Positions 26,054 through 37,429 of a stretch of DNA of 64,000 nucleotides are shown here, piece after piece (position 1 is the first letter of the stretch; each line of letters starts with the position of its first letter). The DNA is from Chiloscyllium plagiosum. Lineage: Eukaryota. The DNA lies in NCBI RefSeq assembly GCF_004010195.1, contig NC_057718.1, positions 45,969,897 through 46,033,896 on the forward strand, in the 5' to 3' direction. The position numbers and the translations under genes were made by a program. The notes under the pieces are model-generated. The model ran no database searches, was not told the DNA's origin, and saw nothing but the letters and a program-made list of their open reading frames with translations.

Positions 26054-26290
26054 ATCTGTGTGGGTTCCCTCTGGGTGCTCCAGTTTCCTCCCACAATCCA
26101 AAGGTGTACAGGTTAGATGGATTGGCTGTGCTAACTTACCCCATTAGTAGCCAGGGATATGCAAACTATGTGGATTAGCTGTGGTAAATGTAAGGTTACG
26201 GGGTTAGGGTGGGGGGTCTGGGTCTGGGTGGGATGCTCTTCAAAGGATCAGTATAGGCTTGAAGGGCAAATAGCTTCTTTCCTGCCCTCT
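26052..26290 (+). mobile_element. HE1-type SINE 3' half
   Basis: TCTGTGTGGGTTCCCTCTGGGTGCTCCAGTTTCCTCCCACAATCCAAAG V-domain continues the head at 23299. Confidence 0.8.
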
Positions 26291-28149
26291 GTGGACCTGT
26301 CCCAAGAGTCGGGGCCTTGGGCCGACTGCTGTTAATGGTGTCACCACTGGACTAAAAGTTCAGTTAGTGCTTTGTGCTTATGTCGGGAGTGAGTTTTGCA
26401 CAGTTGAGATATTTGTGACAATGTTCAAATGTGGAGATAGAAGCCAGTGCTTTCCACTTTCCTGTAACATATTTGCTTTCAGTTTGTGATAGTGGGTGTG
26501 GCATAAATGATTGGTCATTTATTTCATTCAATGTACTAAGACAGTACAGCTCAAATCATAGTTACTGACAAGCATTTTTTGCACTCCAGTTCAAATATGC
26601 AAGCACTGGCAGAGAATCTATCTTCACCATTAACATCTCAAACAGAGTTTGCTCTGTGTAATTGTCCATTCTCATTGTGCATCTTTGGACATAATTTCCA
26701 AAGATCCATGCTCTCTTCATATTTTGGACCAATTTTTTGATAAAAATCCTTGGTCTTGTGGAACAATGCCAATTTTTATTCATGTTAGCTGAAATCAAAA
26801 ATGCATGAGTGACTTTGATATAGCGTACTGGTTTTACTTCAGCTGTTATCACTCTATAATTTAGAATTCAACATCAGGCATTGCAAATGGGCATTTGACC
26901 TTGTTAAGTGGCAAATTGTGTTTTGTAAGTTGAGTGAGCACTGTTAATGATCATTGACGGTATTCTCCTTTTCACTCCATGGACAACAAAGTTAGCAGGT
27001 AGGTTGAGATCCTCTTCACATCTGACAAGTAATTAATAAACAATCTTCTGAAATGTTCTACTTGCTAGAGCATTCTGCAGTACTAAAACACAACTTCATG
27101 TCTGACAAAAACCTGAAGATATTGGCTTTGGTTTGCTGGAGCCATCTGTTGAGAGCTCCATTGTATGTCAAGAAATGAAATGTTGCTGACCAGTTCTTGG
27201 ATTGTAAGAGATGGATATTTTTCTAGGGTATTAGATGATAGTTTGCCACAATTTCATTGTGCAATGACTAGGTTTGATATCCATGCTGCTGAATTGATCA
27301 ATCCTATTGTCTGTTTCTCGTCATTTCAGCTCCTGTGACCTTTCAGTATGGATTACAAACAGCAACTCTCAAAATTAGTGATACTGGTGGAATTGATGTG
27401 TTGTTGTAAAAGGTTTTCAATTGTAGAGTTTGCTGTTTAAATAGACACTTTTGCATGAACGTAGATAAGGAACTACACTAAGCTGCCTGCCATCTCATTT
27501 GAGCATCCCTTAAAATGAGCCGATGTTTTATCATTGGTTTTTATACATTACATTTCATATTTGACTTTCAGGAAGAGACTCCCTAGTTGTTGAAGAAATG
27601 GAGCTTTCAATGACCTACACCTCTTGTAAAATAAGTTATACTTTAAGCATGAGTTAAACTTTTTTCCTCATTGCATTGGGACATTGGATTGTGACTCAAT
27701 GAGTATTCCCACAATTTGGGCACAGATCTTAAGGTATCTGACAATGATGGTTTAAGTATTGATGAGATTACTGAGGTCTCTTTGTTTATTACCCTTGAAT
27801 TTGAACTGTTTGGGCAAGCTCTTTTTCTTATAATAAATGCTGACCTAGCCAGTGATACCTTCATCCCGTGAAAGAATAAAAGCAATCAGCGCATTCTTCC
27901 TCTTGTTGCTGCTGCTCTTCTTGCTGTTTAGATCGTAATGAGGGCTGGTTCATTCAAATGGCAGTCGTGAAGCATAAAATGACAAACACAAAATCCAGAT
28001 GCCCTCTCAGGGCTGTACCTCAAAACTCCCTCTGGAATCCTTTAGGTGTTACAAATTGTTCGTTTTTTTTGTGTGTTTTTAATCAACTTTTTCAAATGTG
28101 TTATATCTGGAACAGGTAGGACTTGAACTTGGGTTTCCTTACCCACAAA

Positions 28150-28720
28150 AACTGCAAATTGTTCATTCAATGCTGTTCTCATTGGCAACATGGAATTCAT
28201 TGAAAGAATGATGTCCCATGTCCAGGGAGCATGTTCCTTGTAACCAGTATCCAGTTTGTAACTTGACAACTGAATTGAAACCAAGGCAGCACAGAGGAAT
28301 GATGCAGAATGCATGTGCCATGACTGTTGCTTGAATGTCAGAATCAAATCTGCAGGAAGTATTGCCTGCAGTCCCAAGCCAGTTACATGTTGAGGGAGTG
28401 GAATCTCTTTCTGATTGAGATACTATGCCGGTGTTGTGCAAAGCAATGCAGATATAGACAAAGGTACCTTGAATCTTGAGGAAGCCTGTTACATGCGGAA
28501 AACCTAATATTCCTTTCTCATCCTGTGCTCTTTGTCTGAGGACAAAATTATGTGTTCTCCTTGTAGAAATGCTTAGTAGCCTTTGATCCAATGATGAACT
28601 GTGATTAATGGTGATATGTCCCTAAAGCTATTTGGTATGTATGGCCTCTAGTGTAGTATCATCTCTCATCCCTCTTGTTACGGTATTACTGCTTCTCCTC
28701 TTTCTCCTTTAGCCCAAAGG
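28150..28720 (-). pseudogene. Decayed PIF/Harbinger (HARBI1-like) DDE transposase
   Basis: Frameshifted minus-strand translation: GFPHVTGFLKIQGTFVYICIAL; YLNQK/RFHSLNM*LAWD; SNSHGTCIL; NWILV; FNEFHVANENSIE*TI. Collinear with Harbinger motifs GFP.VQGAIDCTHI, NRKGFHSLNVQLVCD, PGSSHDAFIL, WLLGD and YN..H..TR..IE.TIG. Confidence 0.75.
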
Positions 28721-29424
28721 CAGCTCTTTCAGATCAACTATGACCGCATAGGATAGCCAATTACAGTGTAACATCAGCACAGTCTTCTAGGCAGTGAGAA
28801 TGAAATTCCTACGGTCAGACAAATGATGAAACAGCATCAAAACGTTCATCATCAGTCTGGAATGACAACCTACAACCATCATGTAAACAACGCGTTGCAC
28901 CTTGAAATGAAACTGCTGAAGGCTTTACCTCTTGTTAATATTACAAATGGAGGGACAGATTACCATGGGTGGGACTTCACTTACCAAATTGCAAAAATGT
29001 TGCCCAAGAAGTGGAAGACCTGACTTTGAATGCATTATTCATGAAGTTAAGTAGCACTGGTATGTGCTTATGCTGCATAAGGAGCAGCCTGATCCAATAT
29101 AGTGGGTGGGAATTTCTGATACAAAACCAGTGCCAAATTGAAGGGCTGCCGTTCATTTAGTGCATATATCAAGAGCACGTTATCATCAACTTTCTAAGCC
29201 AGTATCTTCCCTTTTCTGAAAATGGTACTGTATACATCATTTATTCATGATATTTACAGAATAATTGATTAAATAATCACCTGCAAACCACTCATGTAAA
29301 ACTCCAGAATATATTTTAAAATGGAAATTTTCTATTTCACTCATTGCAAACGAGTGGCCGTAATGTTGTCCTCCACGTTGTATCTAAATCCTATTTTTTA
29401 TAAACAGTGTAGTCTGTGACTGAA

Positions 29425-30088
29425 TAAGAACACGAAAAATACAAACAAGAATAGACGATTTAGCCACTTGAACTTGCTTTCATTCAATGTCTAGTCTGAT
29501 CATGATCTCAACTCCACTTTCCTGCCTATTTCCCATGACCGCCTTGTAGACCAAAAATCTAGCTCCGCCTTGAATGTATATTGTATTCAAGGACTCAACC
29601 TTTCCTACTATCGGAGGTAGAGCATTTCATAGATTAACCATCTTCTGACAGAAGAAATTCCTCCTAATCTCCATCTTAAATTGTCATCATCTCATTCCGT
29701 ATTGCTCCATAAGAGAAAGTACCCTCTCAGTAAGCTCCCTCAGAATCTTATGTATTTCAACAAGGTCATCTCTCATTCTTCTACACTTGAATATATATCA
29801 GCCGAACTTGCTTAACCTTTCCTCAACAGGTGACCCCTTCATCCAAGGAAGCGACCAAATGAAACTTCTCTGAACTTCCTCCAAAGCAACAACATCTTTC
29901 CTTAATAAGGTCTCTGTGGGCTCATCAATACGTTGCATACTTGTAACAAGACCTCCCAACATTTGTACTCCATCCACCTAGCACAAAAAATACCAACATT
30001 CCAATTGCCTTCCCAATGACTTGTTGTACCTGAATGCTAACATTTTGTAATTCAGGTACAAGGATACCCAATTCTCTCATTTCTGCTA
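29425..30088 (-). mobile_element. Old CR1 LINE 3' fragment
   Basis: Reverse-strand similarity to CR1 RT C-terminus and 3'UTR (QVQQVIGKAIGML in ORF 29925-30272). Confidence 0.75.
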
Positions 30089-30091
30089 ATA

Positions 30092-30259
30092 CAGAGGACC
30101 CTCGCTTATCCGAAGGACACTGCGGGGAGTATTTTGTTTGGTTAATCGAACATTGGGTAATCGAATGCCGAATAACATACTTTAGCTGAGCATCGGGACC
30201 TTGCGATCTTATTCGGATAATCTGAAATTCGGATAATTGAATGCCGGATAATGGAGGTT
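30092..30259. mobile_element. Tigger/pogo-like MITE, right TIR truncated
   Basis: TA|CAGAGGACCCTCGCTTATCCG ... CGGATAATGGAGGTTC, with internal (C)GGATAAT/TTATCCG sub-repeats. Confidence 0.65.
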
Positions 30260-31759
30260 CATGAGGGAACACAGATACACTTGAATGCTGTTATGAGTCC
30301 TTGGAAATCAATAATCCCAAATGACCAATGGCAATAGCTGAATTATAAGATTCACGTTTTAAGTCCTATTACAACAAACAATTATCAAAATATATCAGAC
30401 AATATTTAACAGGCAATTAACATATTAAGCTTAAGACGAGGTATTTTCCAAGTAACTAAGCAACAAAATTGAGAAATGCCTTACAACACTCTTCACCAGG
30501 CACCACATTTCTGGCAAAGGTGCTGCATTGCAATAACAAGTCTAACGTTTTTGTCAGCTCATTAACAGACTTCCTTCTGCAAAACGTCCTGTACTTTTCA
30601 AAGGTTGTTCTAATCAGATTGAATTTTCTGAAACCAGCGTGCACCAATGAGGCCCACATGCGCACTGCTCTTTTTTTAATCTCTAAAAGTGACATTGATT
30701 CTGTTCCCTTCTTATTGGACAAACAAAGAACTCCTTACAAGAATCCCGGTTCTCCAAAGTATTTGCAATTTTTGTTTCTTCCGACAGCTGTAGGTTTCTC
30801 TCTCTTTACCTCATTCTTTATTGTAGACAAATCTTTGGAGTTCTTCCGTTGCTGATCATAAAGAAACCGACTCTCTTACTGCATCTGATCTTTCTTGTCA
30901 AACTTCCAGTGCAGGATCCTAAAAATCCGCTTGGAGCAGGAATCCTCTGAGAAAGCAGAGAAATCTCTGCAAAAGGTGAAATCTCTTACTTTCTCTGACA
31001 TTATCTCCACATTCCAGTTAGTGTTTAAATGTCCTAAAGCTACTCAGTGTGTTCGGGAATGTGGGCTGAGCGAATGGGTGATTGAATGAATGTGTAAGGG
31101 AGTAGGTGGGTGAGGTGAGTGGGTAGCTGGGTAGAATGGCAGGTTGGTGAAGTGAAAGGTGAGGGATGTAGGTCACAGTTGGATTTTGTGACTGGTTGGC
31201 AACTTGGTAGGATGGTAAATGGACAGGACAGTTCGATGGCAGTTGGGTCAGATGGAAAGTGGATATGGTGGCTGTTGGGCCAGCTGATGGTGGGTAAATG
31301 GATCTTCAGTAGTCAGGGAGTGAGAAGAGTAGCAGGCTAGGGTTTGATTAGGGACAATGTGAATGATTAGGTGCCAGTCTTAGGAGTTAGACGTAACCCA
31401 AGAGTTATACCAGGATTTTTCTATTTAATATTTACCCTGAGTAACTATCCAGTAAAATATGTCGGAACTGGCTGATAAAGTTGGAAGCTTTCTTCAAGGG
31501 TCCCAGGAACAGGAGAATTGTCGATCAGTGGTTCAATTTCCTGGGAAGTACTCTCAGAGGGAGGCACATGGGATCTCGATGTATGTCTTGGTTCATGTGT
31601 CAGATCTCTTAAGAATTTAGAATGTCTTATATTCTGCTGTTATTTTTAAATATTATCAGCCATGATCCTATTGAATGACTCAAATAGTCTTGAGAGACCA
31701 AACGGCCTACTCCTGTTCTAATTTCTTATAGTCTTATTTATATTATTTCCAATTTAATA

Positions 31760-31977
31760 CAGGCCGTTTTGCTATAACAGGTGTTTTGTTAATGCAAATT
31801 CGCTGTAACCCAACTGCCAAATTGGAGACACTGTTTCTAAAGTGCAAATTTTTAAACTGTGTGTTGCTGTAAGGTGATTACATTGCCAACACTTTAAGCA
31901 TGGTTTCTAAAGCGCAATTTTTCTGTAATGTGGGGTTGCACAAGAACACAACCATTGCACTATAGAAGAACTACCTG
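31760..31977. mobile_element. Tc1/mariner (Tigger/pogo-like) MITE
   Basis: TA|CAGGCCGTTTTGCTATA ... TATAGAAGAACTACCTG|TA with a TA duplication on both sides. Related to 8103-8303. Confidence 0.8.
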
Positions 31978-32105
31978 TAGTGAAAGTTACAGCACTTTAT
32001 GAAGTAGATAAAGGAGAGATGGTTTATCTGTAATTCAGATTGAGGACATTGGGAGGTGAAAAACTAAAGTGACACAACTCCCATCTAATAGGAAGATTTT
32101 ATATG

Positions 32106-35100
32106 TCATAGAGTCATAAAGCACGGAAACAGGCCCTTCAGCCCAACTTGTCCCTGCCAACCAGGTTTCCTAAACTGAACTAGTCCCATTTGCCTGCGTT
32201 TGGCCCATATCCCTCTAAATCTTTCCTATTCATGTACCTGTCCAAATGTCTTTTAAATGTTGTAATTGTACCCATGTCTACCATTTCCTCTGGCAATTTG
32301 TTCCATATAATTCTGTGTGAAAACGTTGCCACTCAGGTCTCTTTTAAATCTTTCCCCTCTCACCTTAAACCTATGCCCTTAAGTTTGGACTCTGCTCACC
32401 ACTCAGCCTCCTACGTTCTGGGGAAAACAGCCCCAGTCTATCCAGCCTCTCCTTATAACGCAAACCTTCCAGTCTCAGTAAATGTCCTTATAAATCTGTT
32501 TTGCACCCTTTCCAGTTTAATAACATCCTTCCGATACCAGAATAGTATGCAGCACTCAAAACTTGGCCTTACCAATGTCTTGTACACTCATAATGTGACA
32601 TCCGAACTCCTGTTCTGAATGTTCTGACCAATGAAGGCAAGCATGCCAAACACTTTCTTCACCATCCAGTCTACCTGTGATGCCACTTTCCAGAAACCAC
32701 ATACCTGCACCCCTAGGTCTGTTCGACAACTATCCCCAGGGCCCTACCATTGTCCGTGTAAGCACCACCCTGGTTTGTCTAACCAACAATTTGCATTTAT
32801 CTCAATTAAACTCCATCTGCTATTCCTTGGCCCACTTGAACAGTTATAGAGTCATAGAGATGTACAGCATGGAAACAGACCCTTAAGTCCAACCTGTCCA
32901 TGTCAACCAGACATCCCAACCCAATCTAGTCCCACCTGCCAGCACCTGGCCCATATCGCTCCAAACCCTTCCTGTTCATATACCCATCCAAATGCCTTTT
33001 AAATGTTGCAATTGTACCAGTCTCCACCACTTCCTCTGGCAGCTCAATCCATACACACAACTCCCTGCATGAAAAAGTTGGCCGAATGGTCTCTTTTATA
33101 TCTTTCCCCTCTCACCCTAAATCTATGCCCTCTAGTTCTGGACTTCCTGACCCCAGCGAAAAGACTTTGCCTATTTATCCTATCCATGCCCCTCATAATT
33201 TTGTAAGGTCCTCTATAAGGTCACCCCTCCAGGGTGACCCTCCGATGCTCCATGGAAAACAGCCACAGCCTATTAAATCTCTCCTTATAGCTCAAATCCT
33301 CCAACCCTGGCAACATCCTTGTAAATCTTTTCTGAACCCTTTCAAGTTTCACAACATCTTTCTGATAGGAAGGAGACCAGAATTGCACGCAATATGCCAA
33401 CAGTGGCTGAACTAATGTCCTGTACAGCTACAACATGACCTCCTAACTCCTGTACTCAATACTCTGACCAATAAAGGAAAGCATACCAAACACCTTCTTC
33501 ACTATCCCATCTACCTAGGACTCCACTTTCAAGGAGATATGAACCTGCACTCCAAGGTCTTTGTTCAGCAACACTCCCTAGGACCTTACCATGAAGTGTA
33601 TAAGTCCTGCTAAGATTTGCTTTCCCAAAATGCAGCACTTTACATTTATCTGAATTCAACTCCATCTGCCACTTCTCAGCCCATTGGTCCATCTGGTTAA
33701 GATCCTCCAATTTTGGTGTCATCTGCAAACTTACTAACTGTACCTCTTATGCTCGCATCCAAATCATTTATGTAAATGACAAAAAGTGGAGGACCCAGCA
33801 CCAATCCTTGTGGCACTCCACTGTTCACAGGCCTCCAGTCTGAAAAACAGCCCTCCACCACCCCCCTCTGTCTGCTACCTTTGAGCCAATTCTGTATCCA
33901 AATGGCTGATCAACATCCTGTTATACTCTTAGATAACCTTCACAGCCCATTGTACCACCAGTTTTGGTGTCATACACAGATTTATTAGCAATACCTTCTA
34001 TATTCTCATCCAAATCATTTACATTAATGGCAAACATATGTAGACCCAGTGCCGATCTTAGTGGCAGACTGCTGGTTACAGGCCTCCAGTCTGAACAGCA
34101 GCTCTGTACAACTAACCCTCTATTTCCTAACAGAAAGCCAATTTTGTATCCAATTGGCTAGGTCTCCCTGGATCCCATGAGATCTAACTTTACTAACCAG
34201 TCTAGCACGTAGGGCCTCTTTGAAGGCTTTGCTAAAGTCCATGTAGACAATGTCTACTGCTCCGGCTTCATCCATCTTCTTGGTCACTTCTTCAAAAAAA
34301 CTCAATCAAATTTGTGAGGCATGATTTTCCATGCACAAAGCCATTCTGACTATCCGTAATCAATTCTTATCTTTCCAAATGGATGTAGATCCTGTCTATT
34401 AAAATCCCCTCCAACAACTTACCCAGTGCTAACGTCAGGCTCCTTGGTCTGTGGCTTTTTCTTGCAGCCTTTCTTAAATATTAGCACATCATTAACCACC
34501 CTCCAGTTTCTGACACCTCACCTGTGGCTGTCAATTATACAAATATTTCTGCTGGATGCCCTGAAATTTCTTCCTTAACTTCCCACAATATTTTGCGATG
34601 CATTTGATCAGGTCCTGGGGATTTATTTACCTTTTCTTAAGATCTCTAGCACCTCCTGCTCTGTAATGTGAATATTTTCAAGATATTGCTATTTATTCCC
34701 CTGAGTTCCCAGTTTGCATATCTTTCTCCACGAGTAAACACTGATGAGAAATATTCATTTAGGATCTCACCCATCTCCTGTGGCTCCACACATTGATGAT
34801 CTCATTGATCGTTTAGGGGCCCCAGTCTCTCCCTAGTTATGCTTTTGCCTTTAATATACCTGTGGAATGTCTTGGATTCTCTTTACCTTATCTGTCAAAG
34901 CTATCTCATGTCCCCTTTTTACCTCCTGATTTCCCTCTTAAGTTTACTCCTACAATTCCTGTGTTCCTGAAAGGCTTCACTTGATCCCAGCTGTTTATAC
35001 CTGAAACAAGCCTTTTCTTGACCAAACCCCCAATATCTCTAGGCATCTAGTGTTCCTTATTTCTGCCGGTCTTGCCTTTCACTCTAACAGGAACATGCTG

Positions 35101-36185
35101 TCCCTGAACTCTCAATATCTGGCTTTTGAAAGCCATCTATTTGCCCGACATCCATCTGCCTGCAAGCAGCTCCTCCAACCAAGTTTTGAAAGTTCCTGTT
35201 TAATACCATCAAAATTGGCCTTGCCCCAATTTAGAATTTTAACTTGTGGACTAGACCTATCCTTTTCCATAATTAATTTAAAACTATTAGAATTATGGTC
35301 ACTGGTTCCAAAATGCTCCCCCACGCACTTCACCTACTTGCCCTACCTTATTTCCCAAGAAGAGGTCAAGTTTTGCCTGTTTTCTAGTAGCTACTCTACA
35401 TGTTAATTGAGAATTGTTTCCTGAACACACTTAACAAATTCTTTCTCATTCAAACCCTTAACACTATTGTAGTCCCAGTCTATATTTGGAATGTTAAAAT
35501 CCCCTACAAGTACAACCTTCCTATTCTTACAGTGATTTTCCTATACATTTGCTTCTCAATTTCCCGGTGCCTATAGTTTAATCCCATCAAAGTGATCACT
35601 CACTTCCTATTTCTAACTTCCATCCGTATAGCTTCAATGGATAATCCCTCCGGAAAATCCTCTCTAAACACTGCTGTGATGTTTTCACTAATCAAAAACA
35701 CCATTCCCCCTTCTCTTGTCTCCCCTTGTATTCTTCCTGTAGCATGTGTTCCGTGGAAAATTAAGTCCTGTCCCTCCCTCAGCCATGTTTTTGTAACACC
35801 TATGATATCCCACTCCCATGTTTCCATCCATGTCCTGAGTTCAGTTAACTTACCTGTCAGGCCTCTTGCACTGAAATAATTGCAGTTTGATTCATCAGAC
35901 TTCCCTTGTTCTATGCCATGCTCTTGTCTGCGTTATCTATTTAACCTACTCTCTTTAATTTCTGCACTAGCCTCAACCTTCTCTTTTGTCTCACCACTGT
36001 TTAGAGTCCTACACCCCAGCCAGACTAGTTTAATCCTCCTGGATAGCAATAGCAAATCTGCCCACCAGGGTATTAGTCCCCCTCCAGTTCAAGTGCAACC
36101 TGTCCCTCTTGTACAGCTCACTTCTTCCCCAGAACAGATCCCAATGATCTGAAAATCTCAATCCCTGCACCTTGAACCAACTGCT
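32106..36185 (-). mobile_element. Long decayed CR1 LINE (ORF1 C-terminus, APE, RT, 3'UTR) with a nested CR1
   Basis: Motifs LYKRDRLHLNWRGTN (ORF1 esterase end), WDIIGVTKTWL, FGTSDHN, FFEEVTK..D...VDIVYMDFSKAF. Tail GTCATAGAGTCAT at 32106. Confidence 0.92.
32846..33907 (-). mobile_element. Younger CR1/HER1 3' fragment nested in an older CR1
   Basis: Has its own tail ATAGAGTCATAGAG at 32846. The host sequence resumes at about 33908 (TGATCAACATCCTGTT). Confidence 0.85.
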
Positions 36186-36788
36186 ATATCTCAGGGGCCG
36201 TTTCTGTTCTAAGGATGTACATATTAATTTGCAATCCGAGAAAGATGACATAATAATGCAATAAAACATAATTTATTTTTGGTCAGAGATTTTATCAAGC
36301 CAAATATTTTATGATACTTATAAACAATGTTCAAAACTAAATATATCATAGGTTGGGCTGAAAGTTCATGTACCCTGGATATTATAATTAACCAGAACAA
36401 CATCTGATCAGAGTGACCAACTTGTAAAATGTATGTACTATTTCATCTGTACATTTTTAGCACTGCTCCCTGGTTTGATTTTATGCCGTTGGTGAGTGCT
36501 GAATACAAAGGGAGGTTCTTGCAATGGTAGGGTCCAGTTAAGTTCCCATTGGAGGGATGGGAGAGGCAGTAGTACCTAACTGTGCAAATGATAAAATATC
36601 AGCTTTCTCAAATCAGGATGATGGTTAGAAAGTAAGTTGGTAATGGATTTAAGGTGGATTTTGCACTAGCCTATCACACATATTCATTAAAATCCATGAT
36701 TTCTGTTTAATTTATGATTGAGTTAACAGGAAAATGTTTCTGACTAATGACTGGACACTGGTGTAGAGCAGACAAGGTAATCATCTGG

Positions 36789-36914
36789 GGTGAAAGTGAG
36801 GTCTGCAGATGCTGGAGATCAAAGTTGAAACTTTATTGCTGGGACAGCACAGCAGGTCAGGCAGCATCCAGGGAACAGGAGATTCGACGTTTCGGGCACA
36901 GGCCCTTCTTCAGG
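36789..36914 (-). mobile_element. Solo Penelope pLTR
   Basis: Reverse of pLTR: CCTGAAGAAGGGCCTGTGCCCGAAACGTCGA...CCAGCATCTGCAGACCTCACTTTC. Confidence 0.85.
36886..36913 (-). ncRNA. Minimal hammerhead ribozyme motif (intact core)
   Basis: Minus strand CTGAAGA-A-GGGC-CTGT-GCCC-GAAAC-GTC. Confidence 0.75.
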
Positions 36915-37257
36915 GGTGGAATGGTGCTCGATGGTTAGCACTGCTGCCTCACAGCGCCAGGGACCCAGGTTCAATTCCACCCTCTGATGACTGTTTGTGT
37001 GGAGTTTGCACATTGTCCCTGTGCGGGTTTCCTTCGGGTGCTCTGGTTTCCTCCCACAGTCCAAAGATGTGCAGATTACATGGACTGATTATGCTAAATT
37101 GCCCATAGTGTCCAGGGATGTGCAGGATAAGTGGATTAACTATGGGAATTGCAGGATTATAGGGTAGGGAGGTGGGTCTGTGTGGGATGCTCTTCAGAGA
37201 GTTGGTGTGGACTGGATGGGCCGAATAGCCTGCTTCTACACTATAGGTATTCTATAA
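36914..37257 (+). mobile_element. HE1-type SINE
   Basis: TGGTTAGCACTGCTGCCTCACAGCGCCAGGGACCCAGGTTCAATTCC head, V-domain and CR1-like tail. Confidence 0.9.
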
Positions 37258-37429
37258 TTTGGAGTGAAAAGAAACTGCTTTTCTTAAATCAGAAACTTAG
37301 GGAAATAGGCTGAGCTATGATATGAAACTTGGCTATCAGCTGTTCAGAGAGGCCAGGGCAAAGCTGAGCATGGGAAGGAAGTCTGGTTGTGACAATCCTT
37401 ACAAGAGTTGGAGGTAGGGATTTGGACAA

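Noticed and set aside
31030..31380. G-rich purine tract as a G-quadruplex or regulatory element
   Set aside because: Degenerate low-complexity sequence, probably from an old repeat; no specific support.
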